A stretch of 64,000 bases of DNA, taken from the NCBI RefSeq assembly GCF_054482595.1, contig NZ_CM137008.1; one strand, 5' to 3'. Of this stretch, positions 32,298-45,387 are shown piece by piece. The notes under the pieces were generated by a model. It ran no database searches. It was given only the letters and a program-made list of their open reading frames with translations, and was not told the origin of the DNA. Made by a program: the position numbers and the translations under genes. Every line of letters begins with the position of its first letter. The stretch's first letter is position 1.

Positions 32298-33795
32298 AGT
32301 GTTCCTCCCGATGATGTAATGGCATCACGCCTTCTTGTTGTAATTTCAACTGATACCAGCTTTTCCATTTGTGCTGATAACGCTGTAATTGATGGTATCT
32401 CGCCCGATTCGGTAACAAACGTTGGGCTATAGCGACTGGCGGCGGTGGAATATCCGGTGCGGCGGTTAATAATGCTCCGACAGAAACCGCCTCGTTAAAT
32501 GCAATTGCTTCAACCGGACGCTGTAAAATATCCGCCTTTAATTGCAGCCAAAGAGGATTATGGGTTGCCGGACCGATCACTTTTAACGCGCTGGTGCCAG
32601 GCACGTTAAAACAGGCGAAGCAGTTGGCAAATTCCATGGTTAATCCCAGTGATACGCTGGCAATTAACATGTCGATACTTAACGTATCGCCAAGCCCATA
32701 AAATAATCCACGGGTATGGCGATTTTTATAGGGCGAACCCGAACCGCGAAGATGTGGAATAAAGACGGGAATGTCATCGAGCAACCAATTCCCCGCCAGA
32801 TAATCAGCATGTCCGCGAGTAAGTGATGCGGCGATCTCCTCATCGGTTAGCCGGAACGTGTTGCGCAGCCACTCCAGCGCGAAACCGCCCACGGGCAGCG
32901 ACGCAAACAGGGTGAACTGGTTGGCAAGTGAGTAACAGCCGTTTGCCAGCTTGTCACGTTTAGCCTGTTCATCCAGCGTCGGTTGTGTATCCAGTTGCAG
33001 AATGCCTTCCGTGGTCCCCGTCGAGTTAAGGATATCGCCTGGCATCATCTGCAACGCTCGCGCACCCACCATATGGTCATGTCCGGCCAGCGTCACGCTG
33101 ACCGGTTGCGAGAACCCAAGCGTCTTGCAAAGTGACTCGCTGACCCATCCGGCGTGCTCGCCTGGCTGCACCAATGGCGCAAATGCCGTACAGGGAACGT
33201 GTAACAACGCCGCCGCTTTCGCTGACCATTCGCCTTTGCGCACGTCCAGACACAGCGTGCGGCTGGCTAAGGTGATATCCGTGCGCTGTTCGCCAGTCAG
33301 CCGCCAGAGCAGCACTTCCGGCGCATGTAGCCAGCGCAAGCTGCGGCGATTACGCAGCGGGTAATGTTCCAGCAACCAGCGCATTTTGAAGGCAGAGTAA
33401 TTACTGTGTAGTGGTAGACCGCAGATGTCATAAAGTGCCGCACTGTCTGCCTCGCTAAGCGTTGCCAGATACTCTTCACCGCGACGGTCATACCATGCCA
33501 GCATTGGCGTCAGGATCTCGCCATGCTCGTCAAGGAACACGCCTGATTCGCCAAAACTGGCAATGCTGATCCGTCTGACTGGCAGCGGCGAAGCGGCGTT
33601 CAGTTGCGCTATCGCCTGGCGGACCTCCTGCCAGAGGGCGTCGATATCGAAATCGACATCGCCCTGTGGGGAGATCTGCTTTGCCGTCACGAATTTATGC
33701 GCGCCCAACGTCGTTGCGTCCAGGCAGGAAAAGCAGGTGACTTTGCAATTGGTGGTGCCAATATCGATAACGATAGCTGCGCTGTTATCAGGCAT
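32287..33795 (-). CDS. FGGY-family carbohydrate kinase
   Basis: 502 aa; N-terminal AIVIDIGTTNCKV ATPase phosphate-1 motif; size typical of FGGY kinases. Confidence 0.7.
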   Translation of the reverse strand: MPDNSAAIVIDIGTTNCKVTCFSCLDATTLGAHKFVTAKQISPQGDVDFDIDALWQEVRQAIAQLNAASPLPVRRISIASFGESGVFLDEHGEILTPMLAWYDRRGEEYLATLSEADSAALYDICGLPLHSNYSAFKMRWLLEHYPLRNRRSLRWLHAPEVLLWRLTGEQRTDITLASRTLCLDVRKGEWSAKAAALLHVPCTAFAPLVQPGEHAGWVSESLCKTLGFSQPVSVTLAGHDHMVGARALQMMPGDILNSTGTTEGILQLDTQPTLDEQAKRDKLANGCYSLANQFTLFASLPVGGFALEWLRNTFRLTDEEIAASLTRGHADYLAGNWLLDDIPVFIPHLRGSGSPYKNRHTRGLFYGLGDTLSIDMLIASVSLGLTMEFANCFACFNVPGTSALKVIGPATHNPLWLQLKADILQRPVEAIAFNEAVSVGALLTAAPDIPPPPVAIAQRLLPNRARYHQLQRYQHKWKSWYQLKLQQEGVMPLHHREEHYVE

Positions 33796-35146
33796 AAACC
33801 GTGCTCCGCGTCATTCGGAAAATGCCATACAGTACCAGGGCGATAACCGGCACCAGACCAATGGCGATGATATTGCCGTTGAAGATTTCCAGCAGCCAGA
33901 AGCGGAACGGGTTACCGCCATCAAGGAAACTGGAAACCTGGCCGCTGGAGCCTTCGGCAAATTTGAAGTTAACGTCTTTCGCCATGCCGGTAATAAACGG
34001 TGCGATTTTAGTCGCAATCCACAGGTCGGCAATAATCACCGGGATCGCCGCCAGAACGGTGCGGAAAATATTGCCACGGCTGGCTAAAGCAATCATCGAC
34101 GCCATTACCGCCAGGTTGGCAAGGTCGCCAAGTGGCAGGACTTCATTACCTGGGAGGACAAACGCGATAAAGACCGAGATTGGCGTTAGCAGCAGGGCGG
34201 TGGAGATAATCGCCGGGTTACCTACGGCAACGGCGATATCCAGTCCGATATAGAGATCGTCACGGTCAGGGTATTTGGCATTGAGATACTTTTTAATAGC
34301 TTCAGACAGCGGTAATAAACCTTCCATCAGGATGCGTACCATGCGTGGCAGGATGAACATCACACCGCCAATGCTGATGCCAAGCAGCAATACTTTTTTG
34401 AAATCGTATCCGGCAATTACGCCGAGCAGAATGCCCAGAATGGTGCCAACCATCATCGGTTCACCGAAGATGCCAAACTTTTTCTGTACGGTTTCCGGGT
34501 CGATATGAATACGATTGAGGCCAGGGATATGGTCGATGATTTTGTCGACCAGCAGACCGACCGGGAAGAACACCACCGAAGAGAGCGTCGGCAATGAGAT
34601 CCCTTCCAGGCCAAAGTATTTTTGTACCAGTGGCGCAGACCAATCGGCGAGTTTAAGTACTACCACCGCAGCAATCGCCGCCGCCAGCAAACCAAAAAAC
34701 AGGCTGCCGGTGCTGTAATAAACCAGCGTACCAGCAAGGGCAAAATGCCAGTAGTTCCACATATCTACGTCAACGGTGCGGGTTTTATTTAACGCCAGCA
34801 TCGCCACGTTAATCAGAATGGTCAGGGGAATAACAAACGGGGCAATTGGCGAACCCCATGTAATAGCGGAAAGCGGCGGCCAGCCTAAATCTACCACCGG
34901 TAAATTAATTCCGGTGCGTTCAACCATCGCCTGGGCCGCTGGCCCGACATTGCTGGTCAGAATATCGAAAATGGCATAAATACCGACAAAACCAATGCCG
35001 ACTGTTAATGACGAACGTAAGGCTTTAGCGGGTTTTACTTTAAAACAGAGAGCAAGAATAAATAACACCAACGGCAACATTACCGTCGGGCCAAATCCCA
35101 ATATATATTGCACAATATTATAGAGGGTATGCGCGATATCGTTCAT
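33788..35146 (-). CDS. PTS EIIC component, galactitol (Gat) family
   Basis: ~452 aa polytopic membrane protein; N-terminus MNDIAHTLYNIVQYILGFGPTVMLP resembles GatC; AAGAGG ribosome-binding site before the ATG at 35146. Confidence 0.85.
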   Translation of the reverse strand: MNDIAHTLYNIVQYILGFGPTVMLPLVLFILALCFKVKPAKALRSSLTVGIGFVGIYAIFDILTSNVGPAAQAMVERTGINLPVVDLGWPPLSAITWGSPIAPFVIPLTILINVAMLALNKTRTVDVDMWNYWHFALAGTLVYYSTGSLFFGLLAAAIAAVVVLKLADWSAPLVQKYFGLEGISLPTLSSVVFFPVGLLVDKIIDHIPGLNRIHIDPETVQKKFGIFGEPMMVGTILGILLGVIAGYDFKKVLLLGISIGGVMFILPRMVRILMEGLLPLSEAIKKYLNAKYPDRDDLYIGLDIAVAVGNPAIISTALLLTPISVFIAFVLPGNEVLPLGDLANLAVMASMIALASRGNIFRTVLAAIPVIIADLWIATKIAPFITGMAKDVNFKFAEGSSGQVSSFLDGGNPFRFWLLEIFNGNIIAIGLVPVIALVLYGIFRMTRSTVYA

Positions 35147-35222
35147 AATAAACCTCTTTTTCAGGCGAGAGCGCACCTCGCGTTAGCGCCTGATGGAGTG
35201 GGTTGAAATTAATTATTATTAA

Positions 35223-35504
35223 TTACTTTTTAAGGATCGAAACAATTTGCGCCAGTACTTTCTCTTCGCCAATACCGGTAATAATAGGCAAGCCGTTAAC
35301 CACCGGGACGTCGAGTTCATAAGGCACTTTAGTCGTTGAGACTACCAGTGCTACGCCGTCAGTATTTCCAGGTAAAGAGGCAACGTTGGTTTGGGAATAA
35401 TTGACGTTAAGACCTTGCTCTTTGCAATATTCCATGACTTTTTCTGTTACCGCCGTGGATGTGGCAATACCCGTGGCGCAGACAAATAAAATGGTTTGAC
35501 TCAT
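35223..35504 (-). CDS. PTS EIIB component, galactitol-type
   Basis: 93 aa; phosphorylatable Cys in ILFVCATGIATS. Confidence 0.85.
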   Translation of the reverse strand: MSQTILFVCATGIATSTAVTEKVMEYCKEQGLNVNYSQTNVASLPGNTDGVALVVSTTKVPYELDVPVVNGLPIITGIGEEKVLAQIVSILKK

Positions 35505-35974
35505 ATTTCACCTCGTTCTTTCATTTTGTTTAAGATTACTGTGTGTATTTCTGTTGTTTCCATCGTAAGCAGGGCTTGCATAAAGGGCGTATCCTGAATC
35601 ATTTCCATAATCCAGCCCAGGGCATTTAATTGTTTGTTACTTTCGCTTAAGGCGAGCAAAAAAATCACCCTGACAGGTACGGGGTCAGGATCGCCGCCCA
35701 TATCGGCAAACTCTACCGGTTCCGGCAGGATGCCGACGGCAATTGCATTGTGCCTGACATGTTTATGGTCCGTGTGTGGAATAGCGACGCACGGTGGTTC
35801 GGTAGGCAGCCCCGTTGGGTACGTCGCCTCACGTTTCAGTACGTGATCGGCAAAGTCAGGGACCACCAGCTCGGCGGCAACCAACGGTTGCGCTAACTGA
35901 CGGATGATCTGTTCAACGCTTAACCCTGCCGGAAGTCGTTGAATATAATTTTCCTGAAACTGTATGCCTTGCAT
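35501..35974 (-). CDS. PTS EIIA component (mannitol/fructose-type fold)
   Basis: 157 aa; active-site His in AIPHTDHKHV; stop overlaps the EIIB start. Confidence 0.8.
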   Translation of the reverse strand: MQGIQFQENYIQRLPAGLSVEQIIRQLAQPLVAAELVVPDFADHVLKREATYPTGLPTEPPCVAIPHTDHKHVRHNAIAVGILPEPVEFADMGGDPDPVPVRVIFLLALSESNKQLNALGWIMEMIQDTPFMQALLTMETTEIHTVILNKMKERGEI

Positions 35975-35998
35975 TTTATTCCTCTTAAAAAAGTGTAC

Positions 35999-36754
35999 TT
36001 AACTCACTTCCCGCCGTTGCAGCACGGTGCCAAGATAATATTTATTTCCTTTTAACCAGACGTTGCCAAACTCAACGGGTAATCCTCGGGAGAAAAAGAC
36101 TAACTGCTCCAGATGCAAAACGGGTGCATCTTCACTGATATCTAAAAAATGACCGCGTTCATTACCAATTAATCGCGCGGCATAGCGACTTTCCGAGTAA
36201 CGAATTTTTCTTTGCGACAAACTTTCTATTGTTGGAAATAAATTGTGTTGATTAAAATCGATTTCCGCGATGCCGGGGCATAGCTCAATATTGATACGGT
36301 TCTCTATCAGCATCGCTTTTTCATCACCAATCGAACGTAAACGTTCAAGGTAAAGAATATCCTGACCGGGCGTTATTCTTAATTTCTCTGCTACATAACG
36401 ATTAGCCGGTTCAATCCGTGACGTAATAACTTCAGTGGTAAAATGTATTTTCTGGCTTTCCAGCGATTCCGCGAATGACAATAATCCTTCACCTAACGGA
36501 TAGGCCACGTTCTCTTTTTTGACAAATGTTCCCTTGCCCTGGACCTGAATCAACACGCCTTCTTTTACCAGTTGGGCGACCGCTTTTTTAACGGTTCCCC
36601 GACTGACTTCCAGCATATCCATAATCTGGTATTCCGAAGGGATGCGATCGTCTTCCACCAGATCTCCGGTATAAATACTTTCTCTTATCCACTCCACCAC
36701 TTGTTGATAGAGCGGTATTTGTGACGACTTACTTAATGATTTCATGGCGCGCAC
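35999..36754 (-). CDS. GntR/HutC-family transcriptional regulator (winged helix plus UTRA effector domain)
   Basis: 251 aa; N-terminal helix-turn-helix …IPSEYQIMDMLEVSRGTVKKAVAQLVKEGVL…; first gene of the PTS operon. Confidence 0.85.
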   Translation of the reverse strand: MRAMKSLSKSSQIPLYQQVVEWIRESIYTGDLVEDDRIPSEYQIMDMLEVSRGTVKKAVAQLVKEGVLIQVQGKGTFVKKENVAYPLGEGLLSFAESLESQKIHFTTEVITSRIEPANRYVAEKLRITPGQDILYLERLRSIGDEKAMLIENRINIELCPGIAEIDFNQHNLFPTIESLSQRKIRYSESRYAARLIGNERGHFLDISEDAPVLHLEQLVFFSRGLPVEFGNVWLKGNKYYLGTVLQRREVS

Positions 36755-36769
36755 CTGAACATTTACAGT

Positions 36770-36794
36770 TGTCTATGGACAATCATGGACAACT
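36770..36794. promoter_or_regulatory. Candidate operator for the GntR-family regulator
   Basis: Inverted repeat TTGTC-tatg-GACAA overlapping a 10 bp-spaced direct repeat ATGGACAA, 16-40 bp upstream of the regulator start. Confidence 0.4.
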
Positions 36795-36943
36795 TCAAGC
36801 GTATAGTAGGTGAACAGGCGAAAAAGAGGATCGAAGCGTCTCACATTTTGAGGGACCAAATCGTGATCAAAAAAATGTGATGGAAGTCGAAGTTTGGCAG
36901 GAATTTACTGCGCCGTGAGGAAATAACGGCGCGTTGGGAGGTG

Positions 36944-39747
<2,804 letters not shown>

Positions 39748-39751
<4 letters not shown>

Positions 39752-40692
39752 GCGTGCGCTCCTTCATGACGACGAATGCGCGGGTCCAGCGCGGCGTTGA
39801 GCAAATCGACAATCAAATTACAGACCACAAAAACCACCACCATCATCAGCGTAAAGCACTGGATCACCGGATAGTCACGGTTAAAAATCGCCGACACCGC
39901 ATAGCGCCCGACGCCCGGCCAGGCAAAGATGTTTTCGATAATCATCGTCCCGCCAATCAGTTCGCCGATGTGCATCCCCACGGCGGTGATCATCGGCAGC
40001 GAGGCATTGCGCAGGATGTGGCGACGTTCGGTCTGTTTGTCATTCAGGCCGCGTAGCCGCGCCCAGGTGACGTGACGCTGACCGGCTACGTCCAGCATAC
40101 TGGCGCGCAGCAGCCGCGCGTTAATCGCCAGCGACATAAAGGCAATGGAAACCGCAGGCAAAATGATGTGCTGCCAGCCGCCGTAACCCATCGCGGGTAG
40201 CCATTGCAGATACACCGAAAACGCCATCACCAGTAAAAACGCCAGCCAGAAGTTAGGCATCGACACGCCAAGAAACGCGATGAAACGTACGGCGAAATCC
40301 GGCAGACGGTCACGATGGCGCGCCGCCCAGATACCGAGCGGTACGGAAGTGAGCAGAATTAATACCAGCGCCGCACCCGCCAGTTCCAGCGTAGCAGGCA
40401 GGAAGTTCAGCATATCGTCCAGCACCGGGCGCTGCGTGGCAAATGAGATGCCGAAATCAAGATGCAGCGCCTTCCACAACCAGGTGCCGTACTGCACATA
40501 CAGCGGCTGATCCAGTCCGAGCATGGTGCGGGTAGAGGCCAGCATCTCTGGCGTCGGCGGCAGGTTAGACAGACGCAAATAATCGAGCGCCGGGTCGCCG
40601 GTACCGAGGCGCAGCATCAGAAAAATGATCACCGAGGCGGCGAGCACCATGGGGATCAGCAGCAGAAAGCGGCGTAATACGTAACGCAACAT
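39748..40692 (-). CDS. nikB: Nickel ABC transporter permease NikB
   Basis: 314 aa membrane protein in the nik operon. Confidence 0.95.
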
Positions 40693-42266
40693 TAAGGTTT
40701 CACCGGTTTAATCTGTTCGAACGGAATTTCGGTGGCGATCGGCGCGTAGGGGATGTTACCCAGCTCCGGTTTTGATACCACCATCATTGAGATGTAACTG
40801 ATAGGCAGATAAACCGCCTCGTCATGCAGACGGGTCAGAATGTCGCGATACAGCGCCTGACGTTGCGTTTCGTCATGGGTCGCCAGCACTTCGCCGATCT
40901 CTTTATCAATCAGCGGTTTGTCGGCTAATCCTTGCTGTGCCTGGAAGTCAGCGTGTGACGGTACGCGCATTGAACTGAGGAAGGCGTGTGGATCGTATGG
41001 CGCGCCCCAGGTGCGGTGGAAAATCATGCCAAAACGACCGTCGCGCTGACGAGCATAGATACTGCTCTCTTCTTCGCCAATCAGCGAGACATCTGCGCCA
41101 ATCTGGCGCATATCAGCCTGAATGATTTCCGCCATCGATTTGCTTAACGCATCGGTGCCGATGAACGACAGTTCAATGCGCAGCGGCTGACCATTTTTCT
41201 CGCGGATGTCTTTGCCCGCAGGCAGCGTCCAACCGGCTTTTTCCAGCAACGCTTTCGCTTTCTGCGGATCGTACTGGCGCGGTTTCAGGCCGAGGTTGGC
41301 GTAGGGCACAGAAGGGGCAAACAGGGTGTCGGCGACCTGCTGGGTGCCATACAACGCGTTATCAATCAGCGATTTTTTGTTTACCGCGTAATTAAGAGCT
41401 TCACGTACTGCCAGCTCATTGGTGGGGGCTTTGGCGGTATTGAGCGCCAGCATCACGGTTTCGATCGGCTGTGACAGTTGGGTGTGGTAAGCCGGGTTCT
41501 GGCTAAAGCGGGCGAAGGTATCGAGCGGTAATAACCCTTCGTTTCCGTACAGCAGGTCGATATCGCCAGTTTCAAACGCCACCGCGCGGGTAGTCGGGTC
41601 CGGGATCACGTTAAAAGTGATCTTCTTAATCGCCGGCTTTTCGCCCCAGTAGTTTTCGTTACGGACGAAGACATCGTACTGATTCAGTTTCGATTCCTGC
41701 AAAACCCACGGCCCGGTGCCAATCGGCGCTTTAATCCCGTTCATGGTTTCATGGTTTTTAAACTGCGAGGGGGCGATAAAGCGGAAAGGGCGCGGCAGGG
41801 CCAGTTCTTGCAGGAAAGGATAGTAGGCGCTTTTCAGGGTGATTTGCAGCTCTGTTTTACTGAGTGCTTTGACATCAACAATCTGGTTTGCCAGCTCCAG
41901 CCAGGCGTGACGTTGACGGTTATCGAGCACTGCGCGGAAGTTTTCTGCCGCTGCCTCTGCATCAAACGGTTCGCCGTTGGAGAATTTCACGTCATCACGC
42001 AGGGTGAAGGTCCAGGTTTTACCATCTTCTGAATGAGTCCAGCTTTTTGCCAGCCACGGGATCACCGAACCGTCTGCCTGATATTTCACCAATGGTTCAT
42101 AAACCATGCTCTGGGCGAACATCTGGTTAGGCGTGTAAAGGTGCGGGTTTAGTGGCCCGACATTCACCGGCCAGGCGGTGGTGATTTCATCTGGTGCAGC
42201 GGCATGGACGATAAAAGACGCACAAGCCAGCAGCGCAAATAGAGTGCGGCGGAGTGTGGAGAGCAT
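40692..42266 (-). CDS. nikA: Periplasmic nickel-binding protein NikA
   Basis: 524 aa family-5 substrate-binding protein with signal peptide. Confidence 0.95.
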   Translation of the reverse strand: MLSTLRRTLFALLACASFIVHAAAPDEITTAWPVNVGPLNPHLYTPNQMFAQSMVYEPLVKYQADGSVIPWLAKSWTHSEDGKTWTFTLRDDVKFSNGEPFDAEAAAENFRAVLDNRQRHAWLELANQIVDVKALSKTELQITLKSAYYPFLQELALPRPFRFIAPSQFKNHETMNGIKAPIGTGPWVLQESKLNQYDVFVRNENYWGEKPAIKKITFNVIPDPTTRAVAFETGDIDLLYGNEGLLPLDTFARFSQNPAYHTQLSQPIETVMLALNTAKAPTNELAVREALNYAVNKKSLIDNALYGTQQVADTLFAPSVPYANLGLKPRQYDPQKAKALLEKAGWTLPAGKDIREKNGQPLRIELSFIGTDALSKSMAEIIQADMRQIGADVSLIGEEESSIYARQRDGRFGMIFHRTWGAPYDPHAFLSSMRVPSHADFQAQQGLADKPLIDKEIGEVLATHDETQRQALYRDILTRLHDEAVYLPISYISMMVVSKPELGNIPYAPIATEIPFEQIKPVKP

Positions 42267-42303
42267 GGTAACCCCAATGGATTAAAATAGATGGCGGAAA
42301 TAA

Positions 42304-42331
42304 GTATGACGATTTTAAGTATTCGTCATAC
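42304..42331. promoter_or_regulatory. NikR operator upstream of nikA
   Basis: Exact GTATGA-N16-TCATAC dyad (gtatgacgattttaagtattcgtcatac), 38-65 bp upstream of the nikA start. Confidence 0.85.
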
Positions 42332-42376
42332 TGATTACCTGTTCTGGATCAATAGATGGGCAGTCGGGTGGGCGGA

Positions 42377-42964
42377 TCAGTTAACTGAATCGATCCATTG
42401 CACACTGTCGGCGGTGAGCGTAAAGGGGGTGGGGGTGCAGATCGCAAGGCTTAAATTTTCTAGCTGACAATGGCTGACTGACAGCGAGGAGTGATAGGTG
42501 CTATCTACGCTGACGATTTGCCAGGCGCTGCCGCCACGCTGTTTAACGATGGCTTCTTTGCGCGTCCAGATGCGCCAGAACATTTCCAGTTGCTGATCAG
42601 GATGCACGGCGTCCATCTCAGCGTGTTCCCCGAGGCTGAATACGGCGTTCGCCAGCCAGCGCCAGTTGGCGCGCGGGCGAATCACTTCGATATCGCAGCC
42701 GACTTCGCCTTCATCACTCAACAGCAGAGCGATATCGTCACCGCTATGGCTTAAGTTGAACCATAGCGGCGTTTCCGGCGCGAATGCAGGTTTGCCTTGT
42801 TCGCCATAGATGATCTCCGGTAGCGGGGAAAGCGTGTGCGAAAGCAATGCACGCCCCGCCAGCCAGCGTTCGCGTCGTGGACCTTGCGGTGCTTGCTCGC
42901 GTAAACCCGGTGGCAGTGGAGCTGCGCTTAAGGTCGAAACTTTCCCCAGAACTATCCGATACAT
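42377..42964 (-). CDS. acpT: 4'-phosphopantetheinyl transferase AcpT
   Basis: 195 aa from MYRIVLGKVSTLSAAPLPPG; the ATG lies 2 nt downstream of the stop of the preceding ketosynthase gene on the same strand; the longer ORF-track start was rejected. Confidence 0.88.
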   Translation of the reverse strand: MYRIVLGKVSTLSAAPLPPGLREQAPQGPRRERWLAGRALLSHTLSPLPEIIYGEQGKPAFAPETPLWFNLSHSGDDIALLLSDEGEVGCDIEVIRPRANWRWLANAVFSLGEHAEMDAVHPDQQLEMFWRIWTRKEAIVKQRGGSAWQIVSVDSTYHSSLSVSHCQLENLSLAICTPTPFTLTADSVQWIDSVN

Positions 42965-42965
42965 A

Positions 42966-44195
42966 TCAGGGCCAACGTTTAATGATGATGGATGTATTAA
43001 TGCCGCCAAAGGCAAAGTTGTTACTCTGCAAAAACTCACAATCAACCTTGCGGGCTTCATGCATGATGTAATCCAGCGCGCCACAATTCGGGTCTGGTTT
43101 ATTCAGGTTTAGCGTAGGCGCAAACCAACCTTCGCGCATCATTTGCAGACTCATCCAGGCTTCGAGCGCGCCACAGGCACCAAGCGTATGACCAAAATAA
43201 CTTTTCAGCGAGGAGAGCGGCACATTATCACCGTAAATGGTTGCTGTCGCCAGACTTTCTGCCATATCACCGCGATCGGTCGCCGTACCATGCGCTGAAA
43301 TATAGCCGATATCTTGTGCGCTTAACCCGGCGATTTTCAGCGATTGCTCCATACAATACTGCATGGTTTCGCGCTGCGGCTGGGTAATATGTGCCGCGTC
43401 GCAGTTAGTCGCAAAGCCGACGATTTCACCGTAAATGGTCGCGCCGCGCGCTTTGGCGTGCTCCAGTTCTTCGAGAATGAGCGTACCTGCGCCTTCACCA
43501 ATCACCAGCCCGTCGCGGTTTTCATCGAACGGTGAAGGTGTGGTTTTCGGCGCATCATTGTGCTGGCTGGTGGCGAAAAGCGTATCAAATACCGCTGCTT
43601 CTGAAGGACATAACTCTTCGGCACCACCAGCAACCATCACCGTTTGATAACCGTGGCGAATGGCTTCCCACGCATAACCGATTGCCTGGCTGCCGGAAGT
43701 ACAGGCGCTGGAGGTTGGGATCACCCGCCCGCGCAGGCCGAAAAAGAGGCCAGTATTAACGGCGGTGGTGTGCGGCATCATCTGCACATAGGTGGTGCCA
43801 GTGATGTTATTGGTGTGCTTTTCCGTCAGCATGGTGGCGAACTCGCTTACCGGGCCGGTACTGCCGGTCGATGAACCGTACGCAATGCCCGTTTCGCCGC
43901 TGGTTAATATCGGATCGCCAATCAACCCTGCCTGCTCTAACGCCAGCTCGCTGGCACGGGTCGACATTTGCGACACGCGGCCCATCGCACGGATACGCTT
44001 GCGGGTGTAGTGCTCCGGTAGCGTGAAATCATCAACAGGCGCGCCAAGCAGGGTGTGCAGCCCGTCGTAGACCTGCCACTCCGGCATTTTGCGCACCGCA
44101 TTTTCATACGCCAGTAAGCGTGCAGAAACGTCCTGCCAGTTTTCACCAAAGGCAGTCACGCCACCCATTCCTGTAATCACTACGCGACGTGTCAT
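42966..44195 (-). CDS. apeR: Beta-ketoacyl-ACP synthase (KAS I/II-like) of the aryl polyene-type cluster
   Basis: 409 aa; active-site Cys in SSACTSGSQ and His motifs HGTAT and GHTLGACG; letter assignment by position in the conserved apeB-apeR order. Confidence 0.75.
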   Translation of the reverse strand: MTRRVVITGMGGVTAFGENWQDVSARLLAYENAVRKMPEWQVYDGLHTLLGAPVDDFTLPEHYTRKRIRAMGRVSQMSTRASELALEQAGLIGDPILTSGETGIAYGSSTGSTGPVSEFATMLTEKHTNNITGTTYVQMMPHTTAVNTGLFFGLRGRVIPTSSACTSGSQAIGYAWEAIRHGYQTVMVAGGAEELCPSEAAVFDTLFATSQHNDAPKTTPSPFDENRDGLVIGEGAGTLILEELEHAKARGATIYGEIVGFATNCDAAHITQPQRETMQYCMEQSLKIAGLSAQDIGYISAHGTATDRGDMAESLATATIYGDNVPLSSLKSYFGHTLGACGALEAWMSLQMMREGWFAPTLNLNKPDPNCGALDYIMHEARKVDCEFLQSNNFAFGGINTSIIIKRWP

Positions 44196-44923
44196 AACAT
44201 CCCTCCGTTGATGGAAATAACCTGGCGGGTGACGTAACCCGCAATATCAGACATTAAATAACTGGCAAGCCCGGCAACTTCTTCCGCCTGGCCCATACGT
44301 TTCATGGGGATCATCGACATTGCCTCTTTCAGAGCGCTCTCTTCCATTTCGATCATCCCGGTATCAATAAGCCCTGGCGCGATGCAATTGACGGTGATTT
44401 TGCGCTTTGCGAGTTCGATAGCCAGCGCTTTTGTTGCGCCGATAATTCCGGCTTTGGCAGCGCTGTAATTCACCTGGCCGCGATTGCCCATTACGCCGGA
44501 AACCGAGGACAGCGTGATGATGCGCCCACCCTGGCGCGCGCCGATCATTGGCATAATGCACGGCTGAATGACGTTGTAGAAACTGTCGAGATTGGTGTGG
44601 ATCACCGCATCCCAGTCGTCATCGCTTAAAGCCGGAAAAGCGGCATCGCGGGCGATCCCGGCGTTACTGACCACGCCGTACCAGGCACCGTGTTGCGCGA
44701 TCTCATGCTCCAGCACTTCCCGACACTGTTCGCGGTTTGCGACGTCGAAACTGAGCAAACGCCCGTTACCCCCGTTGGCGACAATGGCATTCAGCGTTTC
44801 CTGAGCGCCTGTGGCGTCACGGTGATAGTGAACGCCAATGTTAAAGCCGTCTGCCGCCAGTTGGCAGGCGATGGCGCGACCAATGCCTTTGCTGGCACCA
44901 GTAACCAGAACTGAACGACTCAT
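44192..44923 (-). CDS. apeQ: 3-oxoacyl-ACP reductase (SDR, FabG-like)
   Basis: 243 aa; Rossmann TGASKGIGRAIA; catalytic YSAAK. Confidence 0.75.
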   Translation of the reverse strand: MSRSVLVTGASKGIGRAIACQLAADGFNIGVHYHRDATGAQETLNAIVANGGNGRLLSFDVANREQCREVLEHEIAQHGAWYGVVSNAGIARDAAFPALSDDDWDAVIHTNLDSFYNVIQPCIMPMIGARQGGRIITLSSVSGVMGNRGQVNYSAAKAGIIGATKALAIELAKRKITVNCIAPGLIDTGMIEMEESALKEAMSMIPMKRMGQAEEVAGLASYLMSDIAGYVTRQVISINGGML

Positions 44924-45387
44924 CAGGACGCTCCTTGTTGAAACAGGGTGGTAAGTTCTTCCGCGGTCGGCTGGAAGGTGTTAATGCGGCCCGTCGCCTC
45001 GCCGTCGTTGATGCTGCACTCAAAACTGCCGAAGCGATCGTCCTGCATCAGCAGTTTGACGGTAATGGTCAGCGTCTGGCCTGCGGGCAGAATGCCAGCG
45101 GCGCAAAGCAATTCACGCGCGCCCAGTATCATCCCTAACTCAATACTGTTTTTGCCCTGCTGGTGGCGATGCCAGCCAGACCAGACGCCGACGGTTTGCG
45201 CCATCAGTTCAAGGGCAAACCAGCCAGGGAGATTGCCGTCCGGGTCGAGAAACGGTGCCAGTACGCCACTGGGCGAAACCGTCACGCGGCACACCGCGCT
45301 GTCATCGCTGACGCTCACCACGTCTTCCAGCAGTAACATGGGCGCGTCGTGGGGCAGATAAGCGCCGGGGGATAAATAGTGGCTCAC
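44923..45387 (-). CDS. apeP: Hotdog-fold 3-hydroxyacyl-ACP dehydratase (FabA/FabZ-like)
   Basis: 154 aa hotdog-fold protein between the reductase and ketosynthase genes. Confidence 0.65.
   Translation of the reverse strand: MSHYLSPGAYLPHDAPMLLLEDVVSVSDDSAVCRVTVSPSGVLAPFLDPDGNLPGWFALELMAQTVGVWSGWHRHQQGKNSIELGMILGARELLCAAGILPAGQTLTITVKLLMQDDRFGSFECSINDGEATGRINTFQPTAEELTTLFQQGAS

Noticed and set aside
33563-34253. 150-174 aa plus-strand ORFs
   Set aside because: Antisense to the PTS EIIC and kinase genes; no independent support.
42332-42376. Possible FNR site upstream of nikA
   Set aside because: No convincing TTGAT-N4-ATCAA dyad found; only the NikR dyad is clear.
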